Shown piece after piece: positions 26,310 through 38,168 of a stretch of 64,000 nucleotides of DNA; positions within the stretch are counted from its first letter, which is position 1, and the number at the start of each line of letters is the position of its first letter. The translations under genes were made by a program, and so were the position numbers. This DNA comes from a delta proteobacterium MLS_D (GTDB lineage Bacteria > Desulfobacterota > Syntrophia > Syntrophales > UBA2210), in the NCBI GenBank assembly GCA_002030015.1, contig LQBH01000069.1, positions 3,402-67,401 on the forward strand, written 5' to 3'. The notes beneath the pieces were generated by a model. That model was not told the origin of the DNA. It saw nothing but the letters and a program-made list of their open reading frames with translations, and ran no database searches.

Positions 26310-27743
26310 TTAATCTTGTTTTCGGGAATGCGAGGCCCGCGCTCGGACTTTCAATGACCGGAGAAATTGTACGTCATCCGAGTCCGGCAGGCAGGGGAAA
26401 ATCGAGTTGTTGTGGTAAAGCGGTTCGCTTGCCAGATCCAGGTTTGATGAGGCCAGGGCAGACGGCCAGAGTGCTGTGTGCGGAATGGGAGAATACTCGG
26501 CGATAACCGGCCGGACGCCAAGCGACGCAACGTAGTCCACCGTGTCTTCCATTTCTTTTCTGTTTTGTCCCGGCAGACCGCAGAGCAGGTAAAGGCCGAT
26601 ATCTTCGCCGCGAAACCCGGCCCGTTTCAGATGACGGACGGCTTCAGCGGTCTCGGGGTTGCTGATTTTGTCCCCCGTTGCTTTTTGTCTGTCGGCCTGA
26701 GAGGTTTCGAAGCCGAACCTCAGCGTTTTGAAGCCCGCCCGGTACATGAGCCGTGCCAGCGTATCGTTCATTCCCCGCAGGTGCATGCCGTTCGGGCAGT
26801 GAAACCGGCAGGAAAACCCGCGGCGCATGATTTCCTCGAGCAGGGGAACGAGGCGTTTTTCAGCGTTGACGATGAGGGCGTCGTCATAGAAGGAGAAATC
26901 ACGGACGCCGTATGAGTCGATCCAGTATTCGATCTCGTCGGCCACCGACAGCGGGTCGCGTTCCTGAAAGAAACCGTCAAGATAGCGCGACGCGCAGTAA
27001 TCGCAGGAATAAGGACATCCCCGCGATGTCAGCAGAACGGCCTGATCAAAAGACGGCAGCAGGTCATAAGCGGGGAAGGGGAGGGAATCCAATGTGTTAT
27101 AAGGTTTGAAGAAGTCGAGGTCCACGCCGAAAAGCGTTTCCAGCACGGCTCGAAGCGATTTTTTGTCTTCAGGTTCTCGAAAAAGAACATCCCCCTCGAC
27201 AACGAGGTCGGCTCCGGAGTGGGCGCGCGCGTGTTCCGGGCACAGCGTCGCGTAGATGCCGCCCAGGGCGAGCGGAACTTCCGGGAACAGTTCCTTTATA
27301 ATGCCGATGGCCTCAAATACGCCGGGATACCAGTAGGTCATGACGGAAGTCACGAGTACCGCGTCGGGACGGCAGCGCCGTTGAAGCGCCTCCCTGAATT
27401 TGCCGGGGGACATGCCGTAACGGCTGTAGCGGCGCGGAATATGATTCAGGGCGGCGGGTTTGGATATTTCTTCCTTTTGGAAGCGGCCCCGTCCGTTTTT
27501 CCTCGTGCCGAAACACAGGGCTTCGGGGTCGTTGAGACAATCGACGAGTTCGACGCGGAATCCTTCGTTTCGAAGAAACGACCCGATATAGAGCAATCCA
27601 AGCGGTTTCGCCCAGTAATCATACGCGGCGAAGTCGTGGATCCAGGGATTGACAAGAAGAATTTTTTTAGTGTGTCTGTGTGATGTCATGACGGGAGATG
27701 ATAATACGACTCGCCAATGACGGCAAGCGTCGGTATTTAACAT
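26310..27743 (-). CDS. B12-binding-domain-type radical SAM protein
   Basis: The N-terminus KKILLVNPW...LGLLYIGSFL is typical of the Rossmann-like B12-binding domain class. The canonical cluster motif is SRGCPYSCDYCAS. An alternative ATG at 27689 is equally possible. Confidence 0.8.
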   Translation of the reverse strand: MLNTDACRHWRVVLSSPVMTSHRHTKKILLVNPWIHDFAAYDYWAKPLGLLYIGSFLRNEGFRVELVDCLNDPEALCFGTRKNGRGRFQKEEISKPAALNHIPRRYSRYGMSPGKFREALQRRCRPDAVLVTSVMTYWYPGVFEAIGIIKELFPEVPLALGGIYATLCPEHARAHSGADLVVEGDVLFREPEDKKSLRAVLETLFGVDLDFFKPYNTLDSLPFPAYDLLPSFDQAVLLTSRGCPYSCDYCASRYLDGFFQERDPLSVADEIEYWIDSYGVRDFSFYDDALIVNAEKRLVPLLEEIMRRGFSCRFHCPNGMHLRGMNDTLARLMYRAGFKTLRFGFETSQADRQKATGDKISNPETAEAVRHLKRAGFRGEDIGLYLLCGLPGQNRKEMEDTVDYVASLGVRPVIAEYSPIPHTALWPSALASSNLDLASEPLYHNNSIFPCLPDSDDVQFLRSLKVRARASHSRKQD

Positions 27744-27879
27744 TGCCGGTATTTATGCCGTGATTCTCTTTTATTCCGGCACGCTGCAATGTTGATGTTT
27801 CGCGCGCCATCTGCTAAACAGGAAACAATACCGGCGCGTGTTGCACCGGCCTGAAAAATCAGCTTGAAATGGAGAATCG

Positions 27880-29601
27880 ATGAACGATTCGGGACCGACC
27901 GCACCGGAGTTGTCATGGCTGAGCATCCGGCCGTCGGGCCTTGCGGTCGCCGCGGAAGATATGCGCGAAACGGCTGAATCCCTGAGAATCGAACAGGAAA
28001 TTTTTATTTATAAAAAGAAGGCGGACTGTCTCTGGATCGCTCTCCTGGGAGGTACCGGGACCGGCAAGTCAACCATATTCAACGCCCTGGCCGGTAAAGA
28101 CATCAGTACGGTCGGCGTGGCCCGTCCCACGACGACGGCGCCGGTGGCGTACGGTCATCGTGATCATGCAGCCGCCGTAAATTCCCCCTTTTTCTTGTCG
28201 CGTACCAAGCGGGCGTTTCACGACGCAACGGGCGGGGGGTCCGTAACCGGAAACGACGGAAATCCCTTCATACGTTATGTCGAACACGGTGAGGATCACC
28301 TGTCGCATCTCGTCCTTCTCGACACGCCCGATCTTGATTCCCTGGAATCGCAAAATCGCTGTCAGGCCCGTCTCATGTATCACCTTTCCCACGGCGTTAT
28401 CTTCGTCACAAGCCAGGAAAAATATGCGGACCAGGTCCTGTTTCGTTTCATGCACCGCGCGTCGGTGGAAGGAAAACCCCTGTTCGTTGTTTTCAACAAA
28501 GCAGAGAAAGACCAGACAGCGGCGGAACTGGTGAGAATTTTCCGGGAGCGCGGTATTTCTCTGAATGAAGAGAGGTTTTTTGTTATTCCTTTCATGGGCG
28601 CAGATGAACGTGACAGCGGAACGCTGCGGCGCATCCTGGACAATTTTGCACTGAAGATGCAGGAGGTTTTCTCGCGCGCCGAAAAGGAAACCATTATCCG
28701 CGAGGACCGACAGCGAATCCAGCGTAATATCGCCGACAAGGCCAGCCGTCTGCTGAATCTGATTGAACGGGAAAAAGAGGCGGAAGGCAGGTGGGTTGAA
28801 AAGCTCGATTCGCTCGTCGACTCTTCGGCCCGTTTTCTTCTCGAGGAAATGAAGACGCGGAACGAGCAGAGAAACCTTCATGCGATCAAGCGTGAAATAA
28901 AAAAAATATTCGGCGCTTATGATGTTCTTGCAAAGCCCCGAGGCTACATCGCGTCGCTTGTCCGGGCACCCCTGGATCTGCTCCGCATTGGGCGTGCGGA
29001 AACGGACGAAGAAAAAAAGGAAAGCCTGCTGCGGGCCGGTCGCAGAATCGACAATTCACCGATTATATCGGCGATTGAACATTTGAACGTTCTGATTCTC
29101 GAAAATCTTTCGCCGTCGTCTCCCGACGCTCCGCTGTTTGCCGATCTTCGAAAAGGTGAGACGGCCATGAAAGAACGTGAAATTGAGTCACGGCTTTCCG
29201 ATGTACAGGCTGAAATAGCGGTGTGGCTTGAGAACACGATCAGCGAACTGGAACGGGATCTGCCCAAGGGGAAAAAGGTGGGAATCTATTCCACCTCAGT
29301 ACTTTGGGGCGCGGCTATCCTGTCCTTTGAAACAGTCCTGGGCGGGGGTATAACTCTCCTGGAGATGGCCTTCAATACGGTGCTGGCACCTTTTGTCACC
29401 AAGAGCTCAGCCGACCTTTTCGCACACCGGGAACTGAGGGCGATCATTCGGAAGATGAACGACCGATACCGGGAAGGTATCCTTTCGATTTTCGAGGAGC
29501 AGCGGGATCGCTACACGTCGATTATCGCAAATTTCGCACTGCCTGAAAACGCAACCGATGAATTGGCCCGGTTGAAGCGGGAAATGGAGGCGTCGACGTG
29601 A
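27880..29601 (+). CDS. P-loop GTPase with long helical region and C-terminal hydrophobic hairpin (dynamin-like layout), paralogue A
   Basis: RBS GGAGAA lies before the ATG. G1 is GGTGTGKST (res 57-65), the G3 position is DTPD (148-151) and G4 is NKAE (206-209). An EKYAD motif is present. About 250 aa of charged helical sequence follow. The hydrophobic hairpin is VGIYSTSVLWGAAILSFETVLGGGITLLEMAFNTVLAPFV. Confidence 0.65.
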   Translation: MNDSGPTAPELSWLSIRPSGLAVAAEDMRETAESLRIEQEIFIYKKKADCLWIALLGGTGTGKSTIFNALAGKDISTVGVARPTTTAPVAYGHRDHAAAVNSPFFLSRTKRAFHDATGGGSVTGNDGNPFIRYVEHGEDHLSHLVLLDTPDLDSLESQNRCQARLMYHLSHGVIFVTSQEKYADQVLFRFMHRASVEGKPLFVVFNKAEKDQTAAELVRIFRERGISLNEERFFVIPFMGADERDSGTLRRILDNFALKMQEVFSRAEKETIIREDRQRIQRNIADKASRLLNLIEREKEAEGRWVEKLDSLVDSSARFLLEEMKTRNEQRNLHAIKREIKKIFGAYDVLAKPRGYIASLVRAPLDLLRIGRAETDEEKKESLLRAGRRIDNSPIISAIEHLNVLILENLSPSSPDAPLFADLRKGETAMKEREIESRLSDVQAEIAVWLENTISELERDLPKGKKVGIYSTSVLWGAAILSFETVLGGGITLLEMAFNTVLAPFVTKSSADLFAHRELRAIIRKMNDRYREGILSIFEEQRDRYTSIIANFALPENATDELARLKREMEAST

Positions 29602-31325
29602 CGGAATACCGCGACAGACTTTTGAATCTCGTGGAAAAATTCGACGAGCTTCTCGGGACAGGCGGTACATTTCTCGCGCTGGATGAAAAAGAATCCGGCC
29701 GGCTTCGTGATCTTGTGGGCGGGGCCCGACGCAGACTCGACAATCTGGAAGAAGGCGTGCTTGCCGTCGGCCTCATCGGCGGAACGGGTGTCGGCAAATC
29801 AACGATCATGAACGCCCTGGCCGCAGAAACAATATCGTCGACCAGCCACCGGCGACCCCACACGAACGAGGTGCTGATCTACAGACATAAAGAGACATCT
29901 CTTCCCGCGTCGTTCGAAATGACGAAACTACCCTGGATAGAATACCTTCACGAGGCGGACGACGTACGGCGCATCATACTCTGTGATCTGCCGGATTACG
30001 ACAGTATCGTGGAACAACACAGCGAGACAGTGACAGCGTTTCTCGAAACACTGGACGTGCTCGTATGGGTTTTATCGCCGGAAAAATACGCTGATGGACA
30101 ATTTTACGATTTCCTTGAAAGAATGCCCAAAGACCGTCGTAATTATTATTTTGTTCTCAACAAGGCGGACATATTTTTTGATGGAGCGGAAGGGTCCGAA
30201 AGAAACGGAAACGACCTGGCGATCGCCATGAGCGTCCTCAGAGACCACCTGGCCGTCGCCGGCATAACAGATCCTGTCGTGTATCATGTGTCAGCGGCCG
30301 AATATCTCGGCAATAAAAAGCCATCCTATTGGAATCAGATCGAACTCCTGCGGAGAGAGATATTTCGTGAGCGGGACATCAAGGAACTGATGGGAATCAA
30401 GATGCTGAATATCGACGCTGAGCTCGGGCCAGTATACGGCGCGCTGGAACGTGAAGTTGCTGCGGTGGCACGATTGTGTGATGTGCTGGCTGAATGGACG
30501 GAAGCAGCGGATGACGAAATACGTACCGCCGCCGACAACGTCGAACGGGCGGCAGCGCTGTGGGCGGACGCGCTGGTGAAAGAATCGTCCGAAGAGCAAA
30601 ACCCGGTTGATATCCTGATAGGTCCCGGCCGCGTCATTGAGCTTTTTGCCGTCAGGCTGCATGGAAGGGGCGGTATTGATCCACGCAGGTCTTCAAAAAT
30701 GCGGGACAAAGCCGTAAAAGACCTGCGTTCAGTCCTCAAGCGTCATCTTGCCCTGCGGCGTGATCGGCTTTATTCGGAGCTGTACCGCCGTCTTTCTCTC
30801 GCGGGTATGCCCGGCGAGATCGAGCGCTTTCTCACTTTTGATGAATGTCTTTCCTCGTTCGAAGACAGGGTTTACGGTGTCCTGGCCGCCGGCGGTACGG
30901 CGCGCGCGGATGAACTCATGCCGACGTTTTTCAGGGGTGTCCAGCGTTTCGTGTACGGCGCACTGTTTCTCATATTCCTGCTCGTTCTGCCGGGCGGGGA
31001 TAACGTCAGTGCTTTCGTAGATGATCCGGGAGTCCACCAGGCCCTGACATTAGGCGTCGCGGCCGTTATTTCTCTGTTCAGCGGCCGTGGCCTGGCGGCA
31101 ATGGCCAGTCTCGTACTCATCGGTTTCGCGATCGGCTGGCGCTTCTACGGCAAGTATCGCAATCTCATTCGGTCACTGGAAGAAAAGAGTTCACGGGCAA
31201 TGCAGCAGGCCACAGGAGAAGCAGCCGCCGAAGCGTTGAAAGCCCAGACTCGAACGACAGGAGAGGCGCTTGCCGTCATGGAATCGAAATTATCGAATCT
31301 GCGAAACCTGCTGAATGATCGATAG
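29598..31325 (+). CDS. P-loop GTPase with long helical region and C-terminal transmembrane hairpin (dynamin-like layout), paralogue B
   Basis: The GTG start overlaps the stop of paralogue A (GTGA). G1 is GGTGVGKST (61-69), the G3 position is DLPD (130-133) and G4 is NKAD (188-191). An EKYAD motif is present. Hydrophobic segments are FVYGALFLIFLLVLPGG and LTLGVAAVISLFS...LAAMASLVLIGFAIGW. Confidence 0.65.
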   Translation: MTEYRDRLLNLVEKFDELLGTGGTFLALDEKESGRLRDLVGGARRRLDNLEEGVLAVGLIGGTGVGKSTIMNALAAETISSTSHRRPHTNEVLIYRHKETSLPASFEMTKLPWIEYLHEADDVRRIILCDLPDYDSIVEQHSETVTAFLETLDVLVWVLSPEKYADGQFYDFLERMPKDRRNYYFVLNKADIFFDGAEGSERNGNDLAIAMSVLRDHLAVAGITDPVVYHVSAAEYLGNKKPSYWNQIELLRREIFRERDIKELMGIKMLNIDAELGPVYGALEREVAAVARLCDVLAEWTEAADDEIRTAADNVERAAALWADALVKESSEEQNPVDILIGPGRVIELFAVRLHGRGGIDPRRSSKMRDKAVKDLRSVLKRHLALRRDRLYSELYRRLSLAGMPGEIERFLTFDECLSSFEDRVYGVLAAGGTARADELMPTFFRGVQRFVYGALFLIFLLVLPGGDNVSAFVDDPGVHQALTLGVAAVISLFSGRGLAAMASLVLIGFAIGWRFYGKYRNLIRSLEEKSSRAMQQATGEAAAEALKAQTRTTGEALAVMESKLSNLRNLLNDR

Positions 31326-31456
31326 AGAAAAGTACCAGAAAAATATTTCAGGTTCGTCTCTTGAAAAATTCTGAAGTCGGGTTATAGTGACAGATTTTCA
31401 GGAGCGCGATTTATTTCGAGACGGGTCGGACGGAATAGAGACGTACCGGGAGTATC

Positions 31457-31913
31457 ATGCGGGCACTGATTCAGCGTGTTGATTATGCGAAGGTGTTTGT
31501 TGAAGGAGTGCTTGAGGGATCGGCTGGTGCCGGGTTCCTCGTTCTGCTGGGTGTTGCCGACACTGACGACGAGACCTCCGCTGAGCTTCTCGCGGAAAAA
31601 GTCGTTCATATCCGGATATTTGAAGACGACACCGGAAAGATGAACCGTTCCATCCTGGACGTTTCCGGCGATATGCTGATAATTTCTCAGTTCACTCTGT
31701 TGGCGGACACGGGCAGGGGACGGCGGCCTTCTTTTAACGTCGCCTGCGAACCGGTCAGGGCTGAGCGATTATACCGTTATTTCGTCGATGTCGTTCGTGG
31801 ACGGGGCATTGAAACGTCGACGGGATCATTTGGAAAAATGATGAAAGTGGAACTCGTCAACAACGGTCCCGTCACCATATTGCTCGATACGGATAATTAT
31901 ACGGGGAAAAATC

Positions 31914-31927
<14 letters not shown>
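31457..31927 (+). CDS. dtd: D-aminoacyl-tRNA deacylase
   Basis: Matching segments: MRALIQRV...GFLVLLGV..D.......L..K...IRIFED..GKMN.S, ISQFTLLADT and NNGPVT(I)LLD. Confidence 0.9.
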
Positions 31928-33898
<1,971 letters not shown>

Positions 33899-33901
33899 CC
33901 G

Positions 33902-36900
33902 ATGCAGCATAGCGATTTTGTTCATCTTCATGTCCACACGCAGTACAGCCTTCTTGACGGTGCAATACGTCTCAACGACCTTTTTGAGGCGGCCAGAAAT
34001 TTTAAAATGCCGGCCGTCGCCATCACTGATCACGGCAACATGTTCGGGGCAATCGATTTTTATCAGAAGGCCCTGAATTACGGTATCAAGCCTATTATCG
34101 GCTGCGAACTGTACGTGACGATGGGAAGCCGTTTCGACAGGGGAACATCTGATTCCGGAGACACACCTCGCCATCTTGTGGTTCTTGCCCGCAACATGGA
34201 GGGCTATCGGAATCTCATGAAGCTCACAAGCAGCGGTTACCTTGAAGGTTTCTACTACCGGCCGCGCGTCGACAAACAATTGCTCGCGGAGTGCAGCGGT
34301 GGACTCATCGGCATGAGCGCCTGCCTGAACGGTGAAGTGGCTTCCTGTATTCTATCGGGAAACCGTTCCGGAGCGGAACGGGCGGCGGCAGAGTACCGGG
34401 ACATCTTCGGCGAAGGCAATTTTTATCTGGAACTCATGGAAAACGGGTTGCCGGAACAGAAAGAAGCGAACGAGGGCCTCGTCGAAGTGGGCCGAAAACT
34501 CAATATCCCTCTTGTGGCCACGAACGATTGTCATTACCTGCGTCGCGAAAACGCGGAAGCACATGAAATCCTATTGTGCATTCAGACGGGTAAAACCATA
34601 GACGATCCGAACAGGATGCGGTTCAAAACCGACCAGTTTTACTTCAAATCACCGGAAGAGATGAAGCAGAACTTCAGCTATGCGCCGGAAGCCATCGAAA
34701 ACACAATCGCCATATCGGAACGGTGTAATCTGACACTGGATTTCGATCAGATATTTCTTCCTCACTTCGAGCTGGACGAGGACGTATCTACGGAAGAATA
34801 CCTGAGGGAACACGCACGCCACGGGCTGGAAAGGCTTTTCTCATCCATTGCGGGAGGCGATAATTCCGAGGTACAGGAGCGATACAGGAAGCGCCTCGAA
34901 AGCGAACTGGACATCATCGAATCGATGGGATTCCCGGGTTATTTTCTTATCGTGGCCGATTTTGTCGACTACGCGAAAAGAAATTCGATTCCCGTGGGAC
35001 CGGGACGAGGCTCAGCCGCGGGAAGTCTCGTCGCCTGGGCGCTGGGAATCACCACCATCGATCCCATACGGTACGGTCTCTTTTTTGAACGTTTTCTTAA
35101 CCCCGACAGACGCAGCATGCCGGACATCGATATCGACTTCTGCATCGAGGGGCGGGATGCCATCATTGACTACGTTACCGGGAAATACGGCGCTGAACGG
35201 GTAAGCCAGATCATCACCTTCGGAAAAATGCAGGCAAAGGCTGTGGTACGGGATGTTGGACGGGCTCTCAACATGCCCTACGGGGAAGTCGACCGTATAG
35301 CCAAGCTTATTCCGAATGTTCTGAACATTACACTCGACGATGCGGTCAAGCGTGAGAGCAGGCTCAGGGAAGAAATCGACAAGAATCCCGCCATCAAAAA
35401 ACTCATAGATATGTCGAAGTCTCTTGAAGGTTTGACGCGCCACGCTTCAACCCACGCCGCCGGTGTTGTGATCTCCGATGTGCCTCTTGTCGAGCGGGTT
35501 CCTCTCTTTAAAAGCCCCAGAAACGACGACGTGGTCACCCAGTATTCAATGAACGACTTGCAGCGGGTTGGATTGACCAAATTCGATTTTCTCGGACTCA
35601 AAACACTGACCGTGATTGAACGGACGCTGCGGTTCATCGAGAAGGGAAGGGGGGACAAGATCGATTTTGACGAGATTCCCCTTGATGATTCGAATACATA
35701 CCAGCTTCTCATGAAAGGGCAGACGGACGGCGTCTTCCAGCTTGAAAGTTCGGGCATGAAAGATATTCTCGTTTCAATGAAACCCGACCGCATTGAAGAC
35801 CTGATAGCCCTTATCGCCCTGTATCGCCCCGGGCCCATGAACATGGTGCCGGATTTTATCGCCCGTAAACAGGGACGGCAGAAAATCTCCTACGAGGTCG
35901 GTCAGCTTGAAAATATTCTGAAGGAAACCTACGGCGTCATTCTGTACCAGGAACAGGTGATGCAGATCGCCAGCACCATAGGAAACTATACCATGGCCGA
36001 GGCTGATAATCTCCGGCGGGTCATGAGCAAAAAAAAGGTTTCCGATATGGAACGGGAGAAACCCAAGTTCCTGGAGGGCGCTAAAAAAAACAAGATCAAC
36101 GAGGCGCGGGCAAAAAAAATCTGGGAGCAGATGGAGACGTTCGCAGAATATGGATTCAACAAGTCGCACAGCACGGCTTACGCTTTTATTTCATTCCAGA
36201 CTGCCTACCTGAAGGCTCATTATCCCGTCGAGTTCATGGCCGCCCTTCTTACGAGTGAAAAGAACAATCGCGACAATATAATAAAATACATCAGTGAGTG
36301 CCGCGACATGGGTATTCCGGTGCTTCCCCCCGACGTAAATGAATCCGAAAAAGATTTCAGCGTGACCCCGGATCAAAGTATACGTTTCGGCCTTGCGGCG
36401 GTGAAAAACGTCGGGGAAGGGGCCGTGGATGCAATTATCGAGGCCCGGAATGAATCGGGAACCGGTGAACTCTTTCCCTCCTTTTATGATTTCTGCACGC
36501 GCACTGATTTTCGAAAAGTAAACAAAAAGGTGGTCGAAAGTCTTATCAAGTGCGGTGCGTTCGACTCACTCGAACCCAATCGTCGCCGTCTGATTGAGGG
36601 ATACGAGACGATCGTCGATCTCGCCCAGAAGCGGAAAAAGGATCGAATGAGCGGCCAGAAAAGCCTTTTCGACCAGCCTGACATGATGGAAGAAGCGGAA
36701 CCTTCGCTTCCCGACATTCCAGAATGGGATCAGGACGAATTGCTCGCCCATGAAAAGGACACGCTCGGTTTTTACGTTTCCGGGCATCCGCTTCTCAAGT
36801 ATTCCGACATGCTCGCCCTGGTCGCATCGGCAACCTCTGAAACGCTGGGGTCTCTATCTGATGGATCACCGGTAAGCGTCTGTGGCGTTGTCAGCGGTGT

Positions 36901-37360
36901 TCGCGAGGTCTCGACGCGGAAAAAAGAAACGATGGCATACGTGACGCTCGACGACATGAAGGGCATTATTCCGGTCATACTGTTCCCGGAAGTGTACCGT
37001 GCAATATACGGACTGATTGCCGGAGACATGCCAATTCATGTCAAGGGAACCGTTGATGCGGGTGAAGAGGGAACCAAGATTCTTGCCACAGAGGTGGTTC
37101 CCCTTGAAGAAGCCGTAAAAAACCCGGTAGGATCGGTCCATTTTACCATCAACTTGTCGAATATCGAACAGAATCTGGATGTCCTTAAAAAAATACTTGA
37201 AAAACACAGGGGGAATTGTCCTGCCTATCTCCACCTCAATGGGGACAATCACGCCGAAACAATTATTTATCTCGGCGACAAAAGCAGGGTGGTGCTGTCC
37301 GATTCCATCCGCGCTGATGTGGACCGGATTCTCGGCTCCGGTTCAACTGTGTTTATCTGA
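33902..37360 (+). CDS. dnaE: DNA polymerase III alpha subunit
   Basis: 1152 aa. PHP domain FVHLHVHTQYSLLDGA. Polymerase core with PDIDIDF. HhH and OB-fold regions. Matching segments also include GVFQLES and LYRPGPM. Confidence 0.95.
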   Translation: MQHSDFVHLHVHTQYSLLDGAIRLNDLFEAARNFKMPAVAITDHGNMFGAIDFYQKALNYGIKPIIGCELYVTMGSRFDRGTSDSGDTPRHLVVLARNMEGYRNLMKLTSSGYLEGFYYRPRVDKQLLAECSGGLIGMSACLNGEVASCILSGNRSGAERAAAEYRDIFGEGNFYLELMENGLPEQKEANEGLVEVGRKLNIPLVATNDCHYLRRENAEAHEILLCIQTGKTIDDPNRMRFKTDQFYFKSPEEMKQNFSYAPEAIENTIAISERCNLTLDFDQIFLPHFELDEDVSTEEYLREHARHGLERLFSSIAGGDNSEVQERYRKRLESELDIIESMGFPGYFLIVADFVDYAKRNSIPVGPGRGSAAGSLVAWALGITTIDPIRYGLFFERFLNPDRRSMPDIDIDFCIEGRDAIIDYVTGKYGAERVSQIITFGKMQAKAVVRDVGRALNMPYGEVDRIAKLIPNVLNITLDDAVKRESRLREEIDKNPAIKKLIDMSKSLEGLTRHASTHAAGVVISDVPLVERVPLFKSPRNDDVVTQYSMNDLQRVGLTKFDFLGLKTLTVIERTLRFIEKGRGDKIDFDEIPLDDSNTYQLLMKGQTDGVFQLESSGMKDILVSMKPDRIEDLIALIALYRPGPMNMVPDFIARKQGRQKISYEVGQLENILKETYGVILYQEQVMQIASTIGNYTMAEADNLRRVMSKKKVSDMEREKPKFLEGAKKNKINEARAKKIWEQMETFAEYGFNKSHSTAYAFISFQTAYLKAHYPVEFMAALLTSEKNNRDNIIKYISECRDMGIPVLPPDVNESEKDFSVTPDQSIRFGLAAVKNVGEGAVDAIIEARNESGTGELFPSFYDFCTRTDFRKVNKKVVESLIKCGAFDSLEPNRRRLIEGYETIVDLAQKRKKDRMSGQKSLFDQPDMMEEAEPSLPDIPEWDQDELLAHEKDTLGFYVSGHPLLKYSDMLALVASATSETLGSLSDGSPVSVCGVVSGVREVSTRKKETMAYVTLDDMKGIIPVILFPEVYRAIYGLIAGDMPIHVKGTVDAGEEGTKILATEVVPLEEAVKNPVGSVHFTINLSNIEQNLDVLKKILEKHRGNCPAYLHLNGDNHAETIIYLGDKSRVVLSDSIRADVDRILGSGSTVFI

Positions 37361-37378
37361 CTAACAGAATTCATCGCG

Positions 37379-38122
37379 ATGCAGAACTATCACGAACGTG
37401 ACTATCGTTTCCGCGTACCTCCGCCTCAAGGCATGATCTGCCGGACTGTGAAAATCCGGGAGTCCGACCTTGCCGTGATCAGTGAAAGGGATTTATCCCG
37501 GAAGGCACTGGCGGTTCTTGCCGAGTACCGACGTCAAATCGAAGCATACGCCTCGTCAAGAAAGGATTTTCTGACGGCCTTCGCGCCGTTGAAAGATGAT
37601 CCGTGGGCACCAGCGATCGTCAGGGACATGATGAAAGCGTCCCGTACCGTCGGAGTTGGCCCGATGGCCGCCGTGGCCGGCGCGATCGCTGAATATGTCT
37701 GCAGGGACATTGCCAATGAAAACGACGATATCATCATCGAAAACGGGGGAGATATATTTCTTTTACTGCACTCAAGGAGTGCACGCATAAAGCTTTTTGC
37801 CGGAGATTCCGCGCTGAGTAACAAAATGTCGCTTATTATCGAACCGGAGAAAACACCAGTGGCCGTCTGTACATCGTCGGCGACAGTGGGACCGTCGATA
37901 AGTTTCGGTCGTGCCGACGCGGCATGCGTCCTTTCAAATTCGGGTGCGCTTGCTGATGCAGCGGCAACGTTACTGTGCAACACGACGAAAAAGAAAGGGG
38001 ACATCAAGTCGTCGCTGGAGCTTGCGGGAACAATAGAAGGAGTGCGGGGAGTTGTTCTTATGGTGGAAGACACGTTCGGGGCCTGGGGCGATATAGAACT
38101 GGGAGACGCAGGCCCGGTGTGA
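37379..38122 (+). CDS. UPF0280 family protein (ApbE-related fold)
   Basis: Matching segments: YRFRV......IRESDL.V, VGVGPMAAVAGAIAEYV and IIIENGGDIFL. This is a recollected family pattern. Confidence 0.65.
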   Translation: MQNYHERDYRFRVPPPQGMICRTVKIRESDLAVISERDLSRKALAVLAEYRRQIEAYASSRKDFLTAFAPLKDDPWAPAIVRDMMKASRTVGVGPMAAVAGAIAEYVCRDIANENDDIIIENGGDIFLLLHSRSARIKLFAGDSALSNKMSLIIEPEKTPVAVCTSSATVGPSISFGRADAACVLSNSGALADAAATLLCNTTKKKGDIKSSLELAGTIEGVRGVVLMVEDTFGAWGDIELGDAGPV

Positions 38123-38168
38123 TAACAAAGTAAAGTTTACATAACATATCTTATCAGACATTCAATTG

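Noticed and set aside
36025-36125. Three A8 runs within 100 nt of dnaE (around 36030, 36077, 36110) as possible programmed slippage sites.
   Set aside because: They simply encode Lys-rich segments (SKKKVS, AKKNK, AKKIW). The dnaE frame is continuous on both sides. No alternative-frame product with homology is apparent. Programmed frameshifting is known for dnaX, not dnaE.
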